Source of the DNA: Thermoanaerobaculia bacterium
Lineage (GTDB): Bacteria; Acidobacteriota; Thermoanaerobaculia; Multivoradales; UBA5704
Assembly: GCA_036497345.1 (NCBI GenBank)
Contig: DASXJP010000193.1
Coordinates: 1 to 51,813 of the forward strand
DNA length: 51,813 nucleotides
Direction: 5' to 3'
Below the pieces are notes generated by a model, which was not told the DNA's origin, did no database searches, and was given only the letters and a program-made list of their open reading frames with translations. This document shows, piece by piece, positions 9,436 through 16,732 of this stretch. Each line of letters begins with the position of its first letter. The stretch's first letter is position 1. A program made the translations under genes and the position numbers.

Positions 9436-10548
9436 TCAGACGGCCATCAGCCTCCAGGCCAGCCGCAGCGCCCCCAGTCCCAGGCGACGCGGCGGCAGGG
9501 TGCGGGCGTGGATGCCCAGTAGACGCGAGAACAGGGCCGGCTCGGCCGCGAGCGCCCGGACGGCGCGGACGCGCAGCCGGGGGCGTCGCTCCAGGGCGAG
9601 CACCAGGCCGGTCATGAGGTCCGGCAGACGGTTGATCCGGCGATGCGCCACCGCATACCGGCCGAGGTCTCCGGCGAGGATCGCCTCGACCAGGGCCGCC
9701 GATTCGTGGAGGGCCACCGCCAGCCCCTCGCCGGTGATGGCGTCGAAGTAGCCCGCCGCGTCCCCGACCAGCGCCAGGTTCCCCTTGCGCACCGCCCGGG
9801 CGCGCTGGCGCAGGGGGCCGGTCCCGCGGTCGCGCGAGGCGAGGGGCGCTCCCGCCACCCGGGCGCGCAGCTCGGGGAGGGTCGCCAGAAGATCGTCGAA
9901 ATCCGCCTTGCGCCCGCTCCAGAGGAAGGCGATCCCCACCTGGTGCGCGGCGACCGGCGTCACATAGGCCTCGCAGCCGGGGCCCCAGTAGACCTCCACG
10001 AAATCGCTCCACGGCGCCATGGCGAAATGCCGCCGGACGCCATACCGGAGCCAGGGCCGAAGCAGGGGATCACCGCCGCCGTCGAGATCCGCCCACTGCC
10101 GGACCCGCGACCGCAGCCCGTCCGCCCCCACGATCCAGCGGGCGGTGAGGATCCCCTGATCGGTCTCCACCCCGCCCTCCCGCAGCCCCTCGGCCTTGAC
10201 GCCCCAGCGCAGGTCGACCCCCACCTCACCCGCCCGGCGGACGAGCGCCTCGTGCAGCTCGGTCCGGCGCACCCCCAGCCCGCCGGCCTGCGGGCCAACC
10301 TGAGGGAAAACCCCCTCGGCCACGACCCCGCGATCGACATAGCGGATCCCCCGGAAGGGGAGCCCGCGCGGCACCACCCCGATCTCGCGGAGCCGCGCCA
10401 CGGCGTCGGGCATCAGACCCTCGCCGCAGGCCTTGTCGACCGGCGGCTGGGCGCGGTCGATCACCGTCACCCCGAGCCCCGCCATCCGCGCCCGGATGGC
10501 GGTCGCGAGCCCCGCCGGCCCGCCGCCCACGATCAAGAGATCATTCAT
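9436..10548 (-). CDS. FAD-dependent oxidoreductase/monooxygenase (geranylgeranyl-reductase-like; FtpE/SrsC-type role inferred)
   Basis: 370 aa. N-terminal dinucleotide fold LLIVGGGPAGLATA and GDAAGYFDAITGEG. Start overlaps the FAAL stop (ATGA). Confidence 0.8.
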   Translation of the reverse strand: MNDLLIVGGGPAGLATAIRARMAGLGVTVIDRAQPPVDKACGEGLMPDAVARLREIGVVPRGLPFRGIRYVDRGVVAEGVFPQVGPQAGGLGVRRTELHEALVRRAGEVGVDLRWGVKAEGLREGGVETDQGILTARWIVGADGLRSRVRQWADLDGGGDPLLRPWLRYGVRRHFAMAPWSDFVEVYWGPGCEAYVTPVAAHQVGIAFLWSGRKADFDDLLATLPELRARVAGAPLASRDRGTGPLRQRARAVRKGNLALVGDAAGYFDAITGEGLAVALHESAALVEAILAGDLGRYAVAHRRINRLPDLMTGLVLALERRPRLRVRAVRALAAEPALFSRLLGIHARTLPPRRLGLGALRLAWRLMAV

Positions 10549-12287
10549 TCTTCCCGCCGATCCCAGCGCATCCGCGCGTAGGCCTGGCTGGAGCGGGCCA
10601 TCGCCCCGGCGAGCCGCAGGGGGGTGACCGGCGCGGGGGGAGTGAGCTCCCCCGCGAGGTGAAGCCGCAGCGTCTCCCCCCGGCGGAGCTTGCCGGAGGA
10701 GGTGCGGGGGAGGGTACCCGGCGCGAGAACGATCACCTGGTCAGGGGAAAGGTTGGTCGCCCCCAGCACCGCCTCGCGGCAGGCCTCGGGCAGCGCCTCG
10801 ATCTCCGAGGCCGTGGCCTCGCGCGACGACTCGACGAACAGCGCCAGCACCTCGCCGGGAGCGTCCTCCGGCAGCCAGCTCACGGCCACGGCGCAGCCGG
10901 CGCGCACGCCGGGGATCTCCTCGACCGCCAGCTCGATCTCCTCCGGCGCGTAGTTGCGCCCGCGCAGGATGATCACCTCCTTGGCGCGGCCGGTGAGGTA
11001 GAGCTCCCCCTCGTGGAGGAAGCCGAGGTCTCCGGTGTCGAGCCAGCCGCCCCGCAGCGCGCGGACAGTGGCCTCGGGATCGCCCAGATAGCCGTCCATC
11101 AGCGAGGGCCCCTGGGCCCAGACCCGCCCCACCTGCCCTTCCGGGAGATCGCGCTCCGTCTCGTCCACGATCCGCAGGCGAAACCCCGGCACCGGCCGGC
11201 CAACGGAGACGATCTCGCGGCCAGCCGGCGCCTCCAGGGCGGCGCGGTCCCGGGCCAGCGCCTCGCGGTCGAAACGCCGGCCGCGGAATGGCCGGTCGAG
11301 ATCCGAGAAGGTGACGGCGAGCGCCGCCTCCGAGAGGCCGTAGACGGGGGTGAGCGCCTCGGGCCGGAAGCCCCAGCGGGCGAAGCGGTCGCGGAAGGCG
11401 CGCAGCACCGAGGGGGCCACCGGCTCGGCGCCGGTGAGCGCCGTCCGCCAGATGGAGAGATCGACCCCCTCCATCTCTTGCTCAGAGACGCGGGTGACGC
11501 ACAGGCTGTAGGCGAAATTCGGCGCTGGCGAGATCGTCCCGCGGTAGCGCGAGAGGGCCCGCAGCCAGAGGGCCGGCCGGGCCACGAACAGCTCCGGCCC
11601 GAGCAGCGTCAGCGTGACGTCGCGCGCGAGGGCCGGAAAGACGCAGCCGATCAGACCCATGTCGTGGTAGAGCGGCAGCCAGGAGACGCAACTGTGGCGC
11701 AGCCCCGACGTTTCGGGCCAGAAGCCGCTCAGGATCTCCACCTGGGCCGCGATCGCCCGGTGGCTCAGGGCGACCGGCTTGGGATCGACGGTGGTGCCCG
11801 AGGAGAACTGGATCACGGCCAGGTCGGACGGCTCGACGGGGACCGGAGCCACCGCCGATCCCGGCAGGTCGCCGATCGTCCGGCAGCCGAGATCGGGGCG
11901 TGCTTGGGCGACGGCCTCTCCGAGGATGCGGCGCACCCGGGAATCCGCCAGCACCAGGCGGGCGCCGGAGCGCTCCAGCATGCGGGCGGTGCGGCGGAGG
12001 TACTCGTTCATGCGGCCCAGCCGCACCGGCGGATAGAGCGGCACGGGCACGGCGCCGGCCAGGAGGGCGCCGAAGAACCCCTCGAAGAATTCGATGCCGG
12101 TGGGGAAGACGAGGGCGACGCGGTCCCCTTTCCGGACGCCCAGGCTCAGCAGCCCGCCGCAGACGGCGAGCGCCCGCTCCCGCACCTCCCCCCAGCCGAG
12201 CCAGGTGGCCGCCTCGGAGCGGTCCACGAAGCGGAGCCCCCCTTCCGGGTGCTGCCCCGCCGCGGCGAGCCAGTCGTTGATGATCAT
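10545..12287 (-). CDS. Fatty acyl-AMP ligase (FAAL)
   Basis: 580 aa. Adenylate-forming cores SSGTTVDPKPVALSH and WLDTGDLG. FAAL-type N-terminus (ALLAGAVPVPLYPP). ATGA overlap with the ACP stop. Confidence 0.85.
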   Translation of the reverse strand: MIINDWLAAAGQHPEGGLRFVDRSEAATWLGWGEVRERALAVCGGLLSLGVRKGDRVALVFPTGIEFFEGFFGALLAGAVPVPLYPPVRLGRMNEYLRRTARMLERSGARLVLADSRVRRILGEAVAQARPDLGCRTIGDLPGSAVAPVPVEPSDLAVIQFSSGTTVDPKPVALSHRAIAAQVEILSGFWPETSGLRHSCVSWLPLYHDMGLIGCVFPALARDVTLTLLGPELFVARPALWLRALSRYRGTISPAPNFAYSLCVTRVSEQEMEGVDLSIWRTALTGAEPVAPSVLRAFRDRFARWGFRPEALTPVYGLSEAALAVTFSDLDRPFRGRRFDREALARDRAALEAPAGREIVSVGRPVPGFRLRIVDETERDLPEGQVGRVWAQGPSLMDGYLGDPEATVRALRGGWLDTGDLGFLHEGELYLTGRAKEVIILRGRNYAPEEIELAVEEIPGVRAGCAVAVSWLPEDAPGEVLALFVESSREATASEIEALPEACREAVLGATNLSPDQVIVLAPGTLPRTSSGKLRRGETLRLHLAGELTPPAPVTPLRLAGAMARSSQAYARMRWDRREE

Positions 12288-12532
12288 TCAGTCCCCCCCA
12301 GCTTCCTGCGCACGACGGCCACGAGGTCCCCCACGGTTTCGATGGAGCCCTCGTCCAGTTCGTCCAGGCGGACCCGGAATCGGTTCTCCACCTCGGCGGC
12401 CAGCGTCAGCAGACGGATCGAGTCGAGCCGCAGGTCCTCGACCAGCCGCATCTCCGGCGTCAGCTCATCCTCCCAGCCGAGATGGGCCCGCGCCACCTCG
12501 GCCACGCCGTCGAGGATCGCCTCGTCGCTCAT
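12284..12532 (-). CDS. Acyl carrier protein
   Basis: Internal ATG at 12532 gives 82 aa with the phosphopantetheine site LRLDSIRLL. ATGA overlaps at both ends. Confidence 0.85.
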   Translation of the reverse strand: MSDEAILDGVAEVARAHLGWEDELTPEMRLVEDLRLDSIRLLTLAAEVENRFRVRLDELDEGSIETVGDLVAVVRRKLGGTE

Positions 12533-13107
12533 GGTCTCTCTGGAGTACCCGGCATCAGACGGGGACGGCTTGCGAAAACGGTGCCGTAGTCGGTCATCCG
12601 CGCCAGCGCCTCCTCCTCGGCGCGGATGCGGACGCGGAGGATCAGGCCGTTGAGGACGCTGAAGACGGCCGCCGTCAGCCACGCCGTATGCACCAGCGGC
12701 AGGGCGAGGATCTCCGTGATCACCGCCAGATAGTTGGGATGCCGCAGGAGCCGGTACGGCCCGCCCGTGACGGGAGAGGCCCCCGGCAGGACCACGATCC
12801 GCGTGGTCCACCGGCCGTCGAGGGTGGAGATGACCCAATACCGCAGCCCGGTCGCCAGGACCACGAGCAGGAGCATGGGAATCCCCAGCGCCGGCACGAA
12901 CGGCCGATCGAGGAGCCAGACCTCCAGGGGGCAGCAGATCAGGAAGGCGGTGTGTAGCAGCACCATCCACCGGTAGTGCCCCGGCGCCGCCTCGACCCCG
13001 CCCCGGGCCAGCAGCGCGCGCCGGTTCCGCCCCGCGATCCGCAGCTCGATCAGCCGTCCGAGGGCGACGAGGAGGACGAGGAGGGTGTAGAGGAGGCGGG
13101 TGCTCAA
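12529..13107 (-). CDS. Isoprenylcysteine carboxyl methyltransferase (ICMT)-family membrane methyltransferase (BpsB/FtpB-like)
   Basis: About 192 aa, multi-TM, with LLRHPNYLAV and RIRAEEEAL motifs. No in-frame ATG near the family-typical N-terminus, so I infer a TTG start at 13107 that overlaps the Fic TGA (TTGA). The start is uncertain. Confidence 0.72.
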   Translation of the reverse strand: MSTRLLYTLLVLLVALGRLIELRIAGRNRRALLARGGVEAAPGHYRWMVLLHTAFLICCPLEVWLLDRPFVPALGIPMLLLVVLATGLRYWVISTLDGRWTTRIVVLPGASPVTGGPYRLLRHPNYLAVITEILALPLVHTAWLTAAVFSVLNGLILRVRIRAEEEALARMTDYGTVFASRPRLMPGTPERP

Positions 13108-14234
13108 AGGGGTCTCTCGGCAAAAGGATCCTCTACTCTTCGCGTCTCCCGGGTCTTGGCTCGAATCGCTTTGAGCTCCTCGGAAGCCACGTAGAAGCGT
13201 CCTCGCTTTTCTCCCTGCGGAACGAGCAAGCCCTGCGCCACGAGAGTCTTCAGGTCTTTGCTCGCCAGGCCTTCGGTGATGTCCGCGATCGGCCGATACG
13301 TAGCGTTCCGCACTCTCAGCCCGACCGCGGCATCGGCCATCGCCAGAAGCGTGCGTTCCGGCAAACCTCTCCTGGCGATCTCCTCCTCCAGCGCGTCCCA
13401 CAGCCGCCCGATCTCCCGCGTGCGCAGCAGCAGCGTGGACGCCTGCCGGTAGTGGGCCGTGAGGCAAAATCGTATCCAGGGCCGCGCGTCACGCTCCGGC
13501 TGCCAGGAGCCGTCCCCGACCGTCGCCAGGACATCGTAGTAGGCGCGGGTATTTCTACCCAGATACTCCTCGATGCTGGAGAACGGCGCGGCCAGCACCC
13601 CGCTCCGGGCCAGCACCATGGTCTGGAGACAGCGCGCCATCCTTCCGTTGCCATCCGAAAAGGGGTGAATCATGACCAGGTTGAGATGGGCCATCGCCGC
13701 CTTAATGACCCCGGGCATTCCGGGATTCCCATTGAGGAAGCCCAGAAGCTCGTCGACGAGCCCGGGCACCAGCTCGGCGTCCGGTCCCACGTAGACCCGC
13801 TCTTCCCTTTCGTCGTCATACACGAAGATCGGCCCCGGCCTCCATCTCCCTGGATTCTTGGCCAGGGTGTGTTGCAGCATCATGAAGTGCAGGCTCCGCA
13901 ACAGGTCCGCCGAGTAGCGAAAGTGGATGTCGCCCGCGAGCTGCAGGACGTAGGTCATGGCGACCTGATAGCCCCTCACATTCGCCCAGGCTTCGGTCTT
14001 GGCGTCCAACGGCTCTTCCCCTTCCGCCGCCGCGATCGCATCGTCCAGGGATACGTCGTAGCCCTCGATGCTGTTGGAGCCTTTGACCGCTCGCGCGAAG
14101 GTGGTGCGACGGAGCAACCCGTACCACCGTCTCGGCTGGTCCGAGACCGCATGGCCGAGGACCCTCTTGAGCTCGTCCACCCGATGAAGGACGTCTTCCT
14201 CTTGGGGATCGAGGTCTGGTGTTTGGAAGAGCAT
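13104..14234 (-). CDS. Fic family protein (AMPylase-type, class with N-terminal inhibitory helix)
   Basis: 376 aa. Canonical Fic motif HPFSDGNGRMAR, an inhibitory-helix-like SNSIEG ([S/T]xxxE[G/N]) upstream, and a C-terminal winged-helix-like tail. Visibly lower GC than its neighbours. Confidence 0.9.
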   Translation of the reverse strand: MLFQTPDLDPQEEDVLHRVDELKRVLGHAVSDQPRRWYGLLRRTTFARAVKGSNSIEGYDVSLDDAIAAAEGEEPLDAKTEAWANVRGYQVAMTYVLQLAGDIHFRYSADLLRSLHFMMLQHTLAKNPGRWRPGPIFVYDDEREERVYVGPDAELVPGLVDELLGFLNGNPGMPGVIKAAMAHLNLVMIHPFSDGNGRMARCLQTMVLARSGVLAAPFSSIEEYLGRNTRAYYDVLATVGDGSWQPERDARPWIRFCLTAHYRQASTLLLRTREIGRLWDALEEEIARRGLPERTLLAMADAAVGLRVRNATYRPIADITEGLASKDLKTLVAQGLLVPQGEKRGRFYVASEELKAIRAKTRETRRVEDPFAERPL

Positions 14235-14265
14235 AGGGGAGGATATCCGGTTTTTAACTAGCCTT

Positions 14266-14286
14266 GGGGTAGATAATATCTACCCC
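14266..14286. repeat. Perfect 9-bp inverted repeat (ggggtagat-aat-atctacccc) between the T3PKS stop and the Fic start
   Basis: Read directly. It lies in an AT-rich 87-bp spacer, 35 nt after the T3PKS stop and 31 nt before the Fic ATG. A second 8-bp palindrome, ggatatcc, sits at 14241-14248. Confidence 0.6.
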
Positions 14287-14321
14287 GACAGAGGATTACA
14301 ACTGTTCTTGCGGAAGGAGGT

Positions 14322-15383
14322 TTACCACCGCAGCAGCACCAGCTCCGAGCAGAACCCCGGCCCCATCGCCAGCAGCATCCCCCAGCTTCCGGGAGGCGGC
14401 CGGTGATTCGCCAGGGTCTCCTCCAGGACGAGCAGGACCGAGGTGGAGGAGAGGTTCCCCACCTCGCGCAGGCTGCGCCAGGTGACGTCGAGCGCCCCTT
14501 CCGGGAGCTCCAGCGACTCCTGCATCGCCTCCAGCACCTTGGGGCCGCCGGGGTGGCAGACCCAGGAGGCGATATCGGCGCGGGTCAGCCCCTGATCGGC
14601 CAGGAAGGCGTCGACGTCAGGACGCAGCTTCTCGCGGGCCACCAGGGGGACATCCCCCGAGAGGACGATCTTGAAGCCGGTCTCGGAGATGTCCCAGCCC
14701 ATCACCCGCTCGGAATCCGGATAGAAGACCGAGCGGGTGGCGACGATCCGGGGACCGTCGGCCGGCCGCTCATTCCCCCGCTGGTCCCCGACGACCACCA
14801 CGGCGGCGGCGCCGTCGCCGAACAGCCCCGAGGCGATGAGGTTGGGGATCGAGAGGTCCTCCGGCTGCAGGGTCAGCGAGCAGAGCTCGACCGAGAGAAG
14901 GACCGCCACCTGGTCCGGAAACCCCCGGACATAATCGGCCGCCCGCGCGATCCCCGCCGCCCCCGCCACGCAGCCGAGGCCGAAGATCGGCATCCGCTTC
15001 ACCCGCGGCGGCAGCCCCAGCCGGTTCATCAGCCGGGCGTCGATCGAGGGGGTGGCCACCCCGGTCACGGTGACGAAGATCAGAGCATCCACGTCGGATG
15101 GCGAGAGCCCCGCTTTCGCCAGGGCGTCCAGCACGGCGGCGCCGCCCACCTCCTGCGCCACCCGGATCCAGGCGTCGTTCGCCTTCCCCCAGGTGGTGAG
15201 GTGGGCGTACTCCTCGAGCGGCAGCGACAGGTGGCGTCCGCCCACCAGGACGTTCTTGTGCAGCCGCTCCAGCCGCTCGAGGTTGAAGTAGCGGTCCGCC
15301 CAGCGCTCACGGAACGCCGCCAGGAGCGTCTCCTGGTCGTAGTAGTGGGGGGGAAGGGCCTTCCCGACGGTCGCGATCTTCAA
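14322..15383 (-). CDS. Type III polyketide synthase (chalcone/stilbene synthase family)
   Basis: 353 aa. Active-site Cys in FGLGCVAGAAG, His in WVCHPGGPKV, Asn in VGNLSSTSV, and C-terminal GPGF. Confidence 0.92.
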   Translation of the reverse strand: MKIATVGKALPPHYYDQETLLAAFRERWADRYFNLERLERLHKNVLVGGRHLSLPLEEYAHLTTWGKANDAWIRVAQEVGGAAVLDALAKAGLSPSDVDALIFVTVTGVATPSIDARLMNRLGLPPRVKRMPIFGLGCVAGAAGIARAADYVRGFPDQVAVLLSVELCSLTLQPEDLSIPNLIASGLFGDGAAAVVVVGDQRGNERPADGPRIVATRSVFYPDSERVMGWDISETGFKIVLSGDVPLVAREKLRPDVDAFLADQGLTRADIASWVCHPGGPKVLEAMQESLELPEGALDVTWRSLREVGNLSSTSVLLVLEETLANHRPPPGSWGMLLAMGPGFCSELVLLRW

Positions 15384-15494
15384 GGTCCGAAAAGGCTAGC
15401 ACAGAGCTTGCCAGACCTTGGAAGAGGCTTGCGCTATGATCTGCGCGCTTTGAGACGCTTCCTCATCCTCGCCCTGCCGCTCCTCGTCCTCACC

Positions 15495-15860
15495 ATGGGC
15501 CTCTTCCGCTTTGGGCAGGAGATGCTCAAGGTGGCTCCCGACTCCGCGGCCCTCTCGCGCTCAGGAGTCGCGGTCCTGCCGGCCTGGGTGACCTTCGCCA
15601 CCTGGATCCTGGAGGCGGTGGGGCTCTCGGCCCTGTTCCTGCTGATCCTGGGGCGCGGCGGCTCGCGGTGGGCGTCCGGCCTGCTCGCGGGGTGGATCGC
15701 CTGGGTCTTCCGCGGCCCCCTGCTGGTGGTGACCGTGGTGGGTCTCGCCGGCCTCCCCCCGCGACCGTGGTGGGCGCTGGCCTTCTCCTGGTGGATCCTC
15801 TACACCCTCTGCGGCCTGATGCTGGGCGCCGCCGCTTCCGCCTCCCGGCTGCAGCCCTGA
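15495..15860 (+). CDS. Small integral membrane protein, function unknown
   Basis: Only the 3' part of ORF 14403..15860 is free of the antisense T3PKS gene. It has 3-4 hydrophobic helices. The start may instead be TTG at 15450 (RRFLILALPLLVL...). Confidence 0.5.
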   Translation: MGLFRFGQEMLKVAPDSAALSRSGVAVLPAWVTFATWILEAVGLSALFLLILGRGGSRWASGLLAGWIAWVFRGPLLVVTVVGLAGLPPRPWWALAFSWWILYTLCGLMLGAAASASRLQP

Positions 15861-15895
15861 AGGAGCGCGCCGCCCCGGTGTACACTGGGGAAGGC

Positions 15896-16645
15896 ATGCG
15901 CCAGACGCCGAACCCCACGCTGCTCGTCTTCACCCTCGGGGCCGCCCGCGAGAGCGCCCGCCGGTCTCTCGTGCCGGGTGAGCTCAGGGGGCTGGAGATC
16001 GGTCTGCGCGAGGGGTGCCTCGCCGCGGCCCTGGACGCGGGACGCGGGTGCGGATGTCGGTTGGAGGTCTCCTCGTCGGCCAGGCTCGCGCTGCCTCCCG
16101 AGGTCTCCCACGTCCCCCAGCCGGGAGCGGATTTCGGGGATCGCCTGGCGCGGGCGATGGACGCGGCCTTCGCCCGCGGGGCCGGCCCGTTGCTGGTCGT
16201 GGGGACCGACGTGCCGGGGCTCTCGGCGGAGCCTCTGCGAGAGGCCCTGGACCTGCTGGCGGACGAGCCCAACCGGGTGGTGCTGGGGCCCAGCCCGGAC
16301 GGCGGCCTCTATCTCCTGGCGGCCTGCCGTCCCATCGCGGGGCTCGCCACCGCGGTGCGCTGGTGCGGACGCGCGGCCCTGGGCGATCTCCTCCGCCATC
16401 TCGAAGCCGCCGGGCGGCCGGTCGTGCTCCTCACGCCGCTCGCCGACCTCGACCGTCCGTCCGACCTCGACGGCTGGATCTCCCGCGCCGGAGCGGACGC
16501 CCGCTGGCGCGGGCTGGCCCGCCTCCTCCGGCAGGCCCTTGCCGGCCGGCGCCGGCCGCTCGTCCCCGCGGCCCTCGGCGGACCGCGTTTCGCCTTCAGC
16601 CCTGTCTACTCCGGCCGGGCTCCCCCCGCGCCGCCCTCCCGCTAG
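15896..16645 (+). CDS. DUF2064 / TIGR04282-like glycosyltransferase-like protein (arsenosugar/rSAM-selenodomain-associated family)
   Basis: ATG at 15896 gives 249 aa. DUF2064-like QPGADFGDRLARAM...LLVVGTDVPGL...VVLGPSPDGGLYLLA. Lies next to ArsM. Confidence 0.68.
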   Translation: MRQTPNPTLLVFTLGAARESARRSLVPGELRGLEIGLREGCLAAALDAGRGCGCRLEVSSSARLALPPEVSHVPQPGADFGDRLARAMDAAFARGAGPLLVVGTDVPGLSAEPLREALDLLADEPNRVVLGPSPDGGLYLLAACRPIAGLATAVRWCGRAALGDLLRHLEAAGRPVVLLTPLADLDRPSDLDGWISRAGADARWRGLARLLRQALAGRRRPLVPAALGGPRFAFSPVYSGRAPPAPPSR

Positions 16646-16732
16646 CAGCAGTCATTCCAGGCTGAGTCGTCGACGGGATCGCCGCGCGCGGCATCCGTCT
16701 CTTGGGCCGTTTTTTCAGAGGAACCACATCTC

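Noticed and set aside
9425-9438. Tandem 7-mer gagatca-gagatca spanning the flavoprotein stop codon, plus the ggttcggtcggttcgg pattern nearby.
   Set aside because: A two-copy micro-duplication in a 44-bp spacer. No further copies or symmetry that would suggest a binding site.
9392-10012. N-terminal extensions of real genes in the ORF track (YceI to 10012, ACP to 13123, ICMT to 13467, deacylase to 47056, PstS-like from 16702, cNMP gene to 50902, ATPase to 51144).
   Set aside because: The extensions overlap the neighbouring conserved genes in other frames and translate to Arg/Pro/Gly junk. Internal starts give family-typical lengths and 4-nt coupled overlaps.
13104-14321. Mobile-element hallmarks around the low-GC inserts (Fic; 24364..26269; 36059..36861; 50464..51649).
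   Set aside because: No integrase, transposase or recombinase genes, no flanking tRNA, and no direct or inverted terminal repeats that I could find by eye. These are reported as compositional islands only, not as mobile elements.
15384-15494. Divergent promoter between the T3PKS gene and the small membrane-protein gene (TTGCCA ... TATGAT).
   Set aside because: The hexamer spacings are 21 nt or 11 nt, neither compatible with a sigma-70-type promoter. I could not support a call.
16672-16715. Imperfect GC hairpin followed 10 nt later by TTTTTT between the DUF2064 gene and arsM, considered as a terminator.
   Set aside because: The stem needs two bulges, and the T-run is separated from it by a spacer, so it is not a canonical intrinsic terminator. 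The genes look co-oriented and functionally linked.
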